NCBI GenBank assembly: GCA_016699595.1 | Contig: CP064982.1 | Span: forward strand, 443,829 to 507,828 | Length of the DNA: 64,000 bases | Direction of reading: 5' to 3' | Source of the DNA: a bacterium | GTDB lineage: Bacteria; Patescibacteriota; Dojkabacteria; GCA-016699595 | Part shown: piece by piece, positions 32,161 through 41,331 of the stretch | Position numbering within the stretch: the first letter of the stretch is position 1 | Layout: every line of letters begins with the position of its first letter | Notes under the pieces: model-generated | What the model saw: the letters and a program-made list of their open reading frames with translations, nothing else | The model's database searches: none | What the model was told of the DNA's origin: nothing | Translations under genes and position numbers: made by a program

Positions 32161-32552
32161 ATGGCGAAATTTAGATTCAACAAATTAGTAAGAGATAAAA
32201 TTGCAGTAATATTGAATCTAAGAAGGGAAAAGTTGAATTAAGAAAACTATCAAAGAAAGAGTTTCTCGAAGAATTAGTAAAAAAATTATCCGAAGAAACT
32301 AAAGAGTTAGTTGAATGTAAATTAGAAAAAGCAGATTTAATGACAGAGCTTGCAGATATAGTTGAAGTAATTAAAGCTATTCAAAGAGAAATTGATATCT
32401 CCGATGATGAATTAGAAAATGAACGAAAAATTAAAAATCAAAAAGCTGGTGCATTTGAAAATGGAGATTATATAAATTTAGTTGAAACTGAAGATTCTGA
32501 ATGGATTGAATACTATAGACGAAATAATCATAAATATATAGAAATTGAATAG
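32161..32552 (+). pseudogene. MazG-like / all-alpha NTP pyrophosphohydrolase gene, apparently disrupted by a frameshift
   Basis: Frame A gives MAKFRFNKLVRDKIAV... and stops at 32239. The conserved continuation ...IESKKGKVELRKLSKKEFLEELVKKLSEETKELVE...ELADIVEVIKAI... lies in a different frame that is open from 32199 and runs into the listed ORF 32340..32552. The joined product resembles the KLVRDKIPEII...ELADVLEVL family. Confidence 0.5.
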
Positions 32553-32579
32553 GTTTATTGTGTTATTCAAATTTAACAT

Positions 32580-33068
32580 ATGTCCACATCGCTAATTATC
32601 CTTGTAACAGTTGCCATAACTGGCTTTTTAAGTTTGTACTTTATGTTCAGAAAATCCGAACATAATAAATATAGTTATGGTTTCATGGGCAAAAAGATAG
32701 CTACATTCTTGCTTGTACTAATAATTGGTAGTTTTTCTTTAACTGATGGTTATGTGCTAAAGAAAAGTATTTTTGACAACAGGACTTTGGCAGATAATTC
32801 TTGGGTATTTGACATAGATGTGATGACTATAGAAGAAAAGAAAAACATTTTTGTTGCAGTATTTCAAAATGATAAGCCAATCAGTGACAAGTTAAATATC
32901 AAAATCAAAGTTTTTTATGATGAAGAGTTATTATTTGAAAATTTAGAAAAAGTTCAGAAAGTAAACAAGCTATCAATTCCCAACACAACGAACTTTAATA
33001 AAATAATTATTGAAATTTACGATGCAGATAAATTGGTTGAAACTTTTGAACAAATTGGTAATTACTAA
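32580..33068 (+). CDS. hypothetical membrane protein
   Basis: 162 aa with two N-terminal TM segments. Confidence 0.4.
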   Translation: MSTSLIILVTVAITGFLSLYFMFRKSEHNKYSYGFMGKKIATFLLVLIIGSFSLTDGYVLKKSIFDNRTLADNSWVFDIDVMTIEEKKNIFVAVFQNDKPISDKLNIKIKVFYDEELLFENLEKVQKVNKLSIPNTTNFNKIIIEIYDADKLVETFEQIGNY

Positions 33069-33107
33069 AATATATTGATGATGCAATCAAAGTAATAAAG
33101 TTTCCAT

Positions 33108-34598
33108 ATGGAAGTTAAAATCTCAAAGCTTAAAAAACAATTTGGCAAGTTAGTACTTTTCGACAATTTCAATACATTCATAAGTAACGGAGAGACTATC
33201 GGTATTTATGGTGAGAATGGTAGTGGGAAAACTACTTTTCTTGATATTTTTGCCGGCATTCAAACTCCAACACTTGGAAAGATTGAGTATCTCCAATCAT
33301 CAAATATAGCCTACTTCGAACAGAATGATTTGAAAAACTTCCAAGAAATATTGAATGAGGTCGTTGCCAATATTACAAATTATAAGCATACAGAGTTGGT
33401 AGATGGGATAAATCTAAACTCAAATAATTTCTCTTCAGGCGAAAGAGCGAAAATTTATCTGACAAAAATTATTAATTTAGGGGCAAATGTATATTTATTT
33501 GATGAGCCTACAAATCATCTTGATGAGAAATCAATAAGGATTTTGGCACATATAATCAAGAATTTATATGGAGTGAAAATTTTAGCTTCACACGATGAAA
33601 CTTTCTTGAAGCTTGCAGCTTCGAAAATTTGGTACTTGAAAAACAATCAAATAGAAATATATAAAGGAAACTTTGAGAAGTTCTGGTATTCAAAAAGGGA
33701 AAAAGAGGAAGAAACTGAAGAAAGATTTCGACTTGTAATGAAAAAAATCGAAAAGTATAGGGAAAATGATAGAAGGCGACAAGATAAATTTACTGAAAAC
33801 AAAAAGATTGGGAAAGCTGATCCCGTCAAAGTATTTCGAAAAAAGTACAAATTTATACACCAAAACAAGGTCTACAAAAATCGTGTTCGTAGACTTCTCA
33901 ATAAAGAACTACCTAAACTCCCTAAAGACAAACAAGATCTTCTCTTGGAATTTGCTTATGCACCTTTTGAAAATAACGAACCACTTATGGTCATTGACAA
34001 CTTATCCAAGTCATATACCAAAAGAAAAGTGTTGAACAATCTTGACTTTCAAATAGAACCCAAAGAAAAGATTTTGGTAATCGGTCCCAATGGATCAGGA
34101 AAAACTACTTTGCTCAAAATACTTGCAGGGATTGAGCGTGATTTTGAAGGAAAAATTACAAGAGGTGAAAAATTGAATCTAGCATATTTCAAACAAGATA
34201 ATTTTGACGATTTAAACTATAAAAACACTGTTTTTGAAGAATTTGTCAAATTTGTTCTTCACCAAAATCATGATACATTCAAAGAACTTGAAACTGTTCA
34301 CAATATAACTGCTGAACAAGTATTAGAACAAATCAAACTTTTGGAGTTTGATAGTTCCTACACAAAAAGAGGAATTGCAGATTTATCTGAAGGTGAAAAG
34401 ATCAAGTTAAGGTTTGCGAAGTTGCTTCTTCTTGAACCAAATTTGCTCTTGCTCGATGAACCTACAAATCATCTAGATTCTAGAAATAAAACTGGAGTTT
34501 TGAATGCTATAAAAAATTTCGAAGGAGCAATAATCGTAGTAACTCATGACCCCGAAGTTATAAATTTGATAAATTGGGATTATAAGATAAATTTATAA
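33108..34598 (+). CDS. ABC-F family ATPase (tandem ABC domains, no TMD)
   Basis: Two Walker A motifs (GENGSGKTT, GPNGSGKTT), two signature-like motifs (SSGERAKI, LSEGEKIKL) and two Walker B motifs (LFDEPTNHLD, LLLDEPTNHLD), joined by a charged linker. Confidence 0.85.
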   Translation: MEVKISKLKKQFGKLVLFDNFNTFISNGETIGIYGENGSGKTTFLDIFAGIQTPTLGKIEYLQSSNIAYFEQNDLKNFQEILNEVVANITNYKHTELVDGINLNSNNFSSGERAKIYLTKIINLGANVYLFDEPTNHLDEKSIRILAHIIKNLYGVKILASHDETFLKLAASKIWYLKNNQIEIYKGNFEKFWYSKREKEEETEERFRLVMKKIEKYRENDRRRQDKFTENKKIGKADPVKVFRKKYKFIHQNKVYKNRVRRLLNKELPKLPKDKQDLLLEFAYAPFENNEPLMVIDNLSKSYTKRKVLNNLDFQIEPKEKILVIGPNGSGKTTLLKILAGIERDFEGKITRGEKLNLAYFKQDNFDDLNYKNTVFEEFVKFVLHQNHDTFKELETVHNITAEQVLEQIKLLEFDSSYTKRGIADLSEGEKIKLRFAKLLLLEPNLLLLDEPTNHLDSRNKTGVLNAIKNFEGAIIVVTHDPEVINLINWDYKINL

Positions 34599-34599
34599 A

Positions 34600-35082
34600 A
34601 TGAAAATTTTAGTTTATACTTTCTTTGCATATCAAAAATTATCTTCGAAATTACTTCATAATCTTGAAAGTGAATCTTTTGACAAATGTTTCATTTCCTC
34701 AAATAGATCTCTTGAATTGCTTTTAGAGAAGATTTCTAAATATGATATAGTTTTAGGAATTGCTGATCATAATAAAAAAGCATTGAAAAGTAGGTTAGAT
34801 TTAACTTATATCAACAAATATGGAAAAAGAAAAATCTTAAATAATTCTGCAGATTTTTACAAAAGTAATTTAGATATAAACCAAATTAAACTTAATGATT
34901 TTTATGTTTTTAAAAGTTATTCTAATGGTCGGTGTAACAGAAGTGCATACTTGATAATGAACAAAATCACAAATTCAAATTTGCAAACTCATTTCTGTTT
35001 TTCACATTTATCAAGAAAAAATATATCAGAAGATCTTAAAAATTTAATTTCAGCTCTTACAAATTATACAAAAGCTACATAA
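34600..35082 (+). CDS. hypothetical; possible divergent peptidase C15 (pyroglutamyl-peptidase)-like fold
   Basis: MKILVYTFFAY resembles VLVTGFEPF, DIVLGIADHNKK resembles the HVGQAGGR block, SNGRCNRSAYLI resembles the Cys-nucleophile block (SAGTYVCN) and THFCFSHLS resembles the His block. This is a weak motif-level resemblance only. Confidence 0.3.
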   Translation: MKILVYTFFAYQKLSSKLLHNLESESFDKCFISSNRSLELLLEKISKYDIVLGIADHNKKALKSRLDLTYINKYGKRKILNNSADFYKSNLDINQIKLNDFYVFKSYSNGRCNRSAYLIMNKITNSNLQTHFCFSHLSRKNISEDLKNLISALTNYTKAT

Positions 35083-35128
35083 AGTGATACATTAAAGGTC
35101 TTCAACTTGACAAATGCCTTATTTTACT

Positions 35129-35157
35129 TGACTTTATGTCAAAAAAGTCATATAACT
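35129..35157 (+). promoter_or_regulatory. candidate sigma70-type promoter for the HU gene
   Basis: TTGACT, a 17-nt spacer and TATAAC, about 70 nt upstream of the HU start. An AGGAGA Shine-Dalgarno lies 8 nt before the ATG. Confidence 0.35.
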
Positions 35158-35228
35158 AGTTTAATTCTAAAGTTAAAAGTACACCACTTATTACCTCTAG
35201 AATAATTTTCAAATAGGAGAAAAATACT

Positions 35229-35501
35229 ATGAACAAAGGACAATTCGTAAAAGCTTTGTCAGCAGAATTGGGAGTTTCTCAAAAAATGGCTGATGATGCT
35301 CTAAATGCAGTTTTGGATCTCGTCCAAAAAACCCTCAAAAAAGGTGACTCTGTTGTCTTTACTGGTTTCGGTAGTTTTGTAGTCCGAAAACGAGAGGCAA
35401 GAGAGGGAAGAAATCCACAAACAGGTGCTTCTTTGAAGATCCCTGCAAGAAAGGTTCCTGCCTTTAAGGCTGGACGAACATTGAAAGATGCAGTAAGATA
35501 A
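35229..35501 (+). CDS. hup: DNA-binding protein HU
   Basis: 90 aa with the canonical HU sequence (...GFGSFVVRKREAREGRNPQTGASLKIPARKVPAFKAG...). Confidence 0.9.
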   Translation: MNKGQFVKALSAELGVSQKMADDALNAVLDLVQKTLKKGDSVVFTGFGSFVVRKREAREGRNPQTGASLKIPARKVPAFKAGRTLKDAVR

Positions 35502-35674
35502 GATAGTTTTTGAACTTCAAAAATTATATCGATGCATCGAAATTTTAATTTTCCGCAAGTAATAAATTTATAAAAATTTATGAAAGCGGAATTATTTTTT
35601 AGTAACTAAATAGTTTGCAGCAACCACTATAATATATGCATTTAAAACTAATGAGGCTGTATTTATAATTAATA

Positions 35675-36205
35675 CTAAACTATCAAATTAGTCTTTGCAA
35701 GATAGTCTTTCAGTTCTTTAAGATGTAGAATTGGATTGACATTTCGAAATTCCTGCATGACTTTCCCTTCATTATCAATCACAAAGGTTGATCTTTCATT
35801 GGTCAGAAACTTTTTACCAAACATTGACTTCTCTTTCATAACTCCAAATTCTTTTGCAAGTTCTAAGTGAATATCTGCAACTAAAGTAAAGTTTAAGTTA
35901 TGTTTAAATATAAACTTTTTGTGTGAGTTTATGTCATCTCTACTAACTCCAATAATTGCTATTTTTGTTTTATCAATTGATTCATTTAGATCTCGAAAAC
36001 CACAACCTTCAATCGTGCAACCAGGCGTATCATCTTTTGGATAAAAGTATAAGATAGTAAGTTGTCCCTGTAGATCATTTTTCGTAAATTCTCCAATGTG
36101 AAAATCCCCATTTTCAAGTTGAACTTTTTGAATTGGTAAAGATAGCATAGAATTTGTATGACAAATAGATAAGTAGAATTTCCTAATATTAGGAATAATC
36201 TTCAA
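35675..36205 (-). CDS. bcp: thiol peroxidase / peroxiredoxin, Bcp (PrxQ) type
   Basis: Has YFYPKDDTPGCTIEGCGFRD (peroxidatic and resolving Cys). The true start is probably the internal Met at 36148 (MLSLPIQK...). Confidence 0.85.
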   Translation of the reverse strand: MKIIPNIRKFYLSICHTNSMLSLPIQKVQLENGDFHIGEFTKNDLQGQLTILYFYPKDDTPGCTIEGCGFRDLNESIDKTKIAIIGVSRDDINSHKKFIFKHNLNFTLVADIHLELAKEFGVMKEKSMFGKKFLTNERSTFVIDNEGKVMQEFRNVNPILHLKELKDYLAKTNLIV

Positions 36206-36602
36206 AAAATCATATCAAAGAAGGTAAAGCTATGCAACTTTATACTTTTCGGACAGATATATTGCATAATTGAAGTGGGGTGATAGGTTGTATTTCTACT
36301 AGATAGCCTGACAAAGAACTTTAATTCAAGCTTTGTATGGACCAAACGACTTACTGATTCTAAAAGGGAAAGTATATACAAAACCACCAAAAGACCCTTC
36401 TTTTCTAGGCTGTATATATTTAGGGTACTTCGAATTTCAGGGTTCGAATTTACCTCCAGACCCGGGTCTAGCTGAACAAGCATATCAATCAATATGTTGG
36501 AATAAGAAATCAACAGGATTTCATCCATTAGAAAATTTTCTACTATTAAATGGATCTCAAACTGAAATTATATGGAAACAAATGGGCAGGTAGGATATCT
36601 CT

Positions 36603-36683
36603 ACCCGGGGAGGGGCTCGAACCCTCACGGCTTTCGCCAAAGGATTTTAAGTCCTTCGTGTCTACCATTCCACCACCCGGGCA
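36603..36683 (-). tRNA. tRNA-Leu (anticodon UAA)
   Basis: The reverse complement folds as a type II tRNA: acceptor GCCCGGG/CCCGGGT, D-arm GTGG-AATGGTAG-ACAC (same pattern as E. coli tRNA-Leu), anticodon stem AAGGA/TCCTT with loop CTTAAAA, a long variable arm and T-arm GAGGG-TTCGAGC-CCCTC. No CCA is encoded. Confidence 0.85.
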
Positions 36684-36693
36684 CGATTCATCA

Positions 36694-36765
36694 GGAAACG
36701 GCGGGATTCGCACCCGCGCATGGCGGTTTTGCAGACCGCTGCCTTACTACTTGGCTACGTTTCCA
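36694..36765 (-). tRNA. tRNA-Cys (anticodon GCA), with an atypical T-loop
   Basis: The reverse complement has acceptor GGAAACG/CGTTTCC, discriminator U, anticodon stem GCGGT/ACCGC with loop CTGCAAA, and T-stem GCGGG/CCCGC. The T-loop reads TGCGAAT, so position 55 is G rather than U. Confidence 0.7.
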
Positions 36766-36803
36766 AACCAAAATAAATGCAAAAATAATTTTCGTTTTTA
36801 ACC

Positions 36804-37124
36804 TTATTTATCGCAGACACTAGATCTAAACGGTACATCCTTCTGACTGCAGTACTCTTCTAATGTAAGCCCCTTTTCTTTCAAACCTTCTTCGAATCCT
36901 TCTTTAAAATTTACCTTGAAAGACGGTGTAGATGCTACGGCGAACATCCCAATTACACAGGCACAGCAACACAAGCATGTAGTTACCAATGCAACTATAC
37001 CAACTACCTTCTTGGTACTATTCTTTTTTGGTTGTACAGACTCTACTACTTGCGGCTGAGTTGGCAACGGAACACTTTGTACTTGTGCAGGTTGATTGAC
37101 TTGGGGAATTGTATTTTCTGGCAT
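36804..37124 (-). CDS. hypothetical bitopic membrane protein, CCC-motif family member 2
   Basis: Has a Pro/Gln/Val-rich N-terminus (MPENTIPQVNQPAQVQSVPLPTQPQVV), a Lys-rich stretch and a TM containing CLCCCACVIG. It is a paralogue of 20532 and 53900. Confidence 0.4.
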   Translation of the reverse strand: MPENTIPQVNQPAQVQSVPLPTQPQVVESVQPKKNSTKKVVGIVALVTTCLCCCACVIGMFAVASTPSFKVNFKEGFEEGLKEKGLTLEEYCSQKDVPFRSSVCDK

Positions 37125-37252
37125 ATTTTTTAGATACTCTAGATATTGTCTATACTAGATAAAATTATATAAATAAAAAAACAAAATAAGCTATTTTAGA
37201 ATGTGAGAAATAGAAATCACTATGTCATATAGAAAAACAGCCCAGTTACTCG

Positions 37253-38272
37253 CTAATTTGAGTATTCATATATAAGCTTTGACATTACCTCAACACATTC
37301 TACAGGAAAATTTCCAAATGCTGTTTCTCCTGAGAGCATTATAGCATCTGCACCCTGCTTAATTGCAAGAACAATATCTGCAACATCAGCATTACTTGGC
37401 AAATGGTCTTCAAGCATAGATTCCAACATCTCGGTTGCAACTATAGAATACCTACTCTTTGACTGAATTTGATCTAGCATATCTATTTGAACTGCTGGAA
37501 TTCTTTCATAACCAATTTCTGCTGACATATCGCCTCTAGCAATCATTACCCCGTCAACATTGTCCAATATCTCCTCCAAATTTGAAATTCCAAATTGATC
37601 TTCAATTTTGGCTATAAATTGATAATTATAACTTCCTTTATTTTGTTGATTTTTGAGTTCTTCAATACTGTTTTTTATTACTTGAACATCTGTAGAATTT
37701 CTTATAAAACTTCCTGCAATTATCTCCCAATCGTTATCTATAGCATATGATATTTGCTCTAAATCGATGTCAGTTATAGGTAAATTTTCCAAATATGTAC
37801 TTGGTACATTCATTCCCTTTCCACCTTTGATTATTCCACGACTTATAACCTCGGTAATTATTATTCCTTCTATATAATCTATAGATTGAACCTGTAATGC
37901 CACTGCACCTTTATTAATTTTTATAACCCTTCCCGGTTTTATAACTTTGTATAAATCAGGATAAGTAACAGGAAACACTTTGTGATCAGATTTTGATCCA
38001 ATCAAAAAGGTATCTCCCTTGTTCACTGCATATTCTTCATGAAATTTATTCAATCTCAACTCATGTCCTTTGATATCTAGCAATAATCTAACTTTAAAGT
38101 TATTTTCTTTTGCTATCCTCCTGATAAGGTTGCCGACCCTATCCATCTCTGGAAGATCAATAAAAGCGCCATTAAAACGAGCTACGGTCATGCCGTTTTT
38201 CATCATAGCTTCAAGAATATTAGGATCCCAAGAAGAAGGGCCTATTGTACATACAATGTCAATTTGTTTCAT
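37253..38272 (-). CDS. pyk: pyruvate kinase, short form lacking the C-terminal regulatory domain
   Basis: The N-terminus IDIVCTIGPSS...GMTVARFN...LLLDIKGHELR and the A-domain end MIARGDMSAEIGYERIPAVQ...LESM...ADVADIVLAIKQGADAIMLSGETAFGNFPVECV match pyruvate kinase. The protein ends at 339 aa, right after the A domain. Confidence 0.8.
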   Translation of the reverse strand: MKQIDIVCTIGPSSWDPNILEAMMKNGMTVARFNGAFIDLPEMDRVGNLIRRIAKENNFKVRLLLDIKGHELRLNKFHEEYAVNKGDTFLIGSKSDHKVFPVTYPDLYKVIKPGRVIKINKGAVALQVQSIDYIEGIIITEVISRGIIKGGKGMNVPSTYLENLPITDIDLEQISYAIDNDWEIIAGSFIRNSTDVQVIKNSIEELKNQQNKGSYNYQFIAKIEDQFGISNLEEILDNVDGVMIARGDMSAEIGYERIPAVQIDMLDQIQSKSRYSIVATEMLESMLEDHLPSNADVADIVLAIKQGADAIMLSGETAFGNFPVECVEVMSKLIYEYSN

Positions 38273-38485
38273 AAATTTTATCTTTACTAAAGTTTTTAAC
38301 CTCGTATTGTAATCAATAAATGAGAATATTGGAAGCGAAAACTATAATTTGTAATCTAGCAAATGAGCAAAACCTCAAATATCGTATAAATTTGAAAAAT
38401 CTCTGATATAATCTTTCGACTGTAGATAGATTTTCATTATCTATATAGCTCTAATTATTCTAATCATCAAAATAATCTTTTAACA

Positions 38486-39067
38486 ATGGTAAACTACAAT
38501 CATCCCCAACATTTATTACAAACTTTCTCTGATATTGATAATCATATCATAAACTGTATCGTAGAAATTCAAAAAGGAAGTCTCAATAAATATGAAATTC
38601 AAAAAGATAGCGGAATATTGAAACTTGATAGAGTTATGTATAGCAATATGCCTTATCCAAGTGACTATGGCCTTATACCTCAAACATATGATGAGGATGA
38701 TGATTTGCTTGATGTAATGATTTTGAATGATGGTGAGCCATTTCACTCAGGCTCCCTAGTAGAAGGAAGAGTCATAGGAATACTTCATTTTGAAGATACT
38801 GGAGAAGTAGATGACAAAGTCTTGGTAGTGCCAAATGATGATTATAGATACAAAGGCATTTCAAATATCGGAGACTTAAATTTTGCACAAAAAGAAGTTA
38901 TTGATTTTTACTGGAACAATTACAAAACCATACAACTAAAAGTAAAAGGCAAAGAAGGCAAAACCGAAATCAAATCATGGGGCAATGTCGAAGATGCAGT
39001 CAAGACAATTGAAAAAGCTATGCAGCTTTACAAGTCCAAATTTTCGGACAATCCGAGCCTTGGTTAA
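38486..39067 (+). CDS. ppa: inorganic pyrophosphatase, family I
   Basis: Carries ...VEIQKGSLNKYE...LDRVMYS...YPSDYGLIP...DLLDVMIL...DDKVLVV..., the canonical family I PPase blocks. Confidence 0.9.
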   Translation: MVNYNHPQHLLQTFSDIDNHIINCIVEIQKGSLNKYEIQKDSGILKLDRVMYSNMPYPSDYGLIPQTYDEDDDLLDVMILNDGEPFHSGSLVEGRVIGILHFEDTGEVDDKVLVVPNDDYRYKGISNIGDLNFAQKEVIDFYWNNYKTIQLKVKGKEGKTEIKSWGNVEDAVKTIEKAMQLYKSKFSDNPSLG

Positions 39068-39097
39068 AAATTTAACAAATAATATAAAGCGATATAC

Positions 39098-41002
39098 ATG
39101 AACGAAACCAACCCACAAGAACAAAATAATTTTCCCTTTGATAATGCAGCAAATATAAACAATCAAAATCAAAGCAGTGCCGATAAATCACAGGTTAATA
39201 AACCCAGAATTTTTCGTAAATTATCAGGCATGAATTTGATAATAATAGGCATATTGGCGTTTTTATTATTAAGTAGTTTGATATCTTCAATAAGTTCAAA
39301 AATCGAAGAATCCAAGCAAATTGATTTTCAAAAGATAAGTACTGAGATCAAAAATGGCAATGTAAAAAGTATAGAGTACTGCAACAAAAATCTTACCGTA
39401 AGACTTAACGATGACAAGGAACTAAAAACCAACATATCTGTAAATCCAGTTAGTCTATTTTTTGATCAACAATCAGAGCTAAAGATAGATTCAACAAAAA
39501 TTAGCTATAAAGAATGCACTCAAGGGATACCAGCAGAAGACATAATTGGTTATGGCATTCAAGGGTTACTCTTACTTGGTATGGGTGTATTGATATGGAA
39601 GTTATTGAAAAGCATGAATGATCAAGGTTCAAAGATTTTTGGATTTGGTGAGAGCAAAGCAAAGATATCTATAGGCAAAAAGCAAGACATTACACTTGCA
39701 GATGTTGCTGGCATTGAAGAAGCAAAGGAAGAATTGAATGAAATTGTACTATTTCTGAAAGATCCGAAAAGATTCCAAGATATGGGAGCAAGAATTCCAA
39801 AAGGTATCTTGATGGTAGGAGCGCCCGGAACTGGTAAAACACTTTTAGCTAGAGCAATTGCAGGTGAAGCTGGAGTTCCATTTTTTGCAACTTCAGGTTC
39901 AGAGTTTGAGGAAATGCTTGTTGGAGCAGGAGCATCTAGAGTTAGAGATTTGTTTGACAAAGCAAAGAAACTGCAACCAAGTCTAATTTTTATAGATGAA
40001 ATAGATGCAGTGGGAAAAAGAAGAGGAACAAATATAAATTCAAATGCAACCGAGCAAACATTAAATCAAATTTTAGTTGAAATGGATGGCTTTGAGAAGA
40101 ATCAAAATGTAATCGTCATCGCAGCAACAAATAGACCTGATGTACTTGATCCTGCACTACTTCGACCTGGAAGATTTGATAGAAAACTAACTTTAGATTT
40201 GCCAGATCAAGAAGGAAGAACAAAAATTCTCGAAATACATGCAAAAAACAAACCACTTGCAGCTGATGTTGATCTAAGCAAAATTGCAAAAAGAACGATA
40301 GGTTTTACTGGTGCTGATCTTGAAAATACTTTGAATGAATCTGCAATTGCTGCTGCCAAGGCAGGTAAAAAAGTTATTGACACTCACGACATTGAAGAAG
40401 CTACATTGAAAGTTGTTATGGGTTCAGCAAGAAAACGAAGGAGAACTCAAAAAGAATTAAACATTGTTGCTTATCATGAAGCAGGACATGCTGTAGTTAC
40501 GAAATTTGTTCCTGAGGCCGATCCAATTCACAAGATAACTATAGTAAGTCGTGGAATGAGTGGAGGTATGACCATGCACATGCCTGAAGATGATGAAACA
40601 ATGACAAGCAGGACGAAAATTTTGTCTGAAATCAAAGTTCTGCTTTCTGGACAAATTGCTGAAAAACATTTTATGGGTGATATCACAACCGGAGCAAGCA
40701 ACGATATTGAGAGAGCTACAAAGTTGGCTCGTGGAATGGTGAAGAAGTTTGGTATGACGAAACTAGGCATGATAAATTATGGACTTGATGAGGAAGATTC
40801 TGGAACTTACTTCCCAACGAAAGATTATTCAGAAGCAACTGCTAGCGAGATTGATGTTGAGGTAAATAGGATAATTGAGGACTGTTATAAAGAAGCAGAA
40901 AAGATCATATTGGAAAATAAAGATAGACTTGAAAACTTGAAAAATGCTTTGTTGGAAAGAGAGATCATAAATGCAGAAGAATTTGAGGAAATTATGAAGT
41001 AA
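39098..41002 (+). CDS. ftsH: ATP-dependent zinc metalloprotease FtsH
   Basis: Has N-terminal TMs, the AAA module GAPGTGKTLLARAIAGEAGVPFF, the SRH and the HEAGHA zinc site. Confidence 0.95.
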   Translation: MNETNPQEQNNFPFDNAANINNQNQSSADKSQVNKPRIFRKLSGMNLIIIGILAFLLLSSLISSISSKIEESKQIDFQKISTEIKNGNVKSIEYCNKNLTVRLNDDKELKTNISVNPVSLFFDQQSELKIDSTKISYKECTQGIPAEDIIGYGIQGLLLLGMGVLIWKLLKSMNDQGSKIFGFGESKAKISIGKKQDITLADVAGIEEAKEELNEIVLFLKDPKRFQDMGARIPKGILMVGAPGTGKTLLARAIAGEAGVPFFATSGSEFEEMLVGAGASRVRDLFDKAKKLQPSLIFIDEIDAVGKRRGTNINSNATEQTLNQILVEMDGFEKNQNVIVIAATNRPDVLDPALLRPGRFDRKLTLDLPDQEGRTKILEIHAKNKPLAADVDLSKIAKRTIGFTGADLENTLNESAIAAAKAGKKVIDTHDIEEATLKVVMGSARKRRRTQKELNIVAYHEAGHAVVTKFVPEADPIHKITIVSRGMSGGMTMHMPEDDETMTSRTKILSEIKVLLSGQIAEKHFMGDITTGASNDIERATKLARGMVKKFGMTKLGMINYGLDEEDSGTYFPTKDYSEATASEIDVEVNRIIEDCYKEAEKIILENKDRLENLKNALLEREIINAEEFEEIMK

Positions 41003-41108
41003 TTATTTTAATTTAATAATTCATTTTTAGAATCTTAGGTTCGAAACGCTGAAAGATCAAGTAAATTCTAAGAGAAGAGGTAAGTTGGTAAGTAGAAAGC
41101 ACATAATC

Positions 41109-41181
41109 AGCGAAAGACGGGGCTCGAACCCGCAACCTCTTCCTTGGCAAGGAAGCGCTCTACCAATTGAACTACTTTCGC
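41109..41181 (-). tRNA. tRNA-Gly (anticodon GCC)
   Basis: The reverse complement is GCGAAAG-TA-GTTC-AATTGGTA-GAGC-G-CTTCC-TTGCCAA-GGAAG-AGGTT-GCGGG-TTCGAGC-CCCGT-CTTTCGC-T. This is a cloverleaf with anticodon GCC and discriminator U. No CCA is encoded. Confidence 0.85.
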
Positions 41182-41331
41182 AAAGTGAAAAGATTTTAGC
41201 AAGTTTGGGGAATTTTGTAAAATAGAAAATAGTTTAGTCTAATTTTTTTATTATCACATTTCCCTCATCTGGATCTGAAATTAGTTTAGTTATATACCCC
41301 CTTATCTGGATCTAGAACTAATCCATTTTTA

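Noticed and set aside
35502-35560. AT-rich hairpin (tttttgaa-c-ttcaaaaa) and the palindrome tcgatgcatcga after the HU gene as a terminator
   Set aside because: The first hairpin has essentially no loop, and neither is followed by a convincing U-tract. They are too weak to call as terminators.
36421-36470. Duplicated ttcgaattt motif (gggtacttcgaatttcagggttcgaattt) resembling tRNA T-loops, followed by the palindrome agacccgggtct
   Set aside because: No flanking sequence can form T-stems or an acceptor stem on either strand. It is possibly a decayed tRNA remnant or a chance motif, so I do not report it as a gene.
36333-36823. Three overlapping plus-strand ORFs (36333-36593, 36550-36801, 36572-36823)
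   Set aside because: They run across the minus-strand tRNA-Leu and tRNA-Cys genes and the GC-rich tRNA stems. They are artefacts of stop-codon-poor GC-rich RNA sequence.
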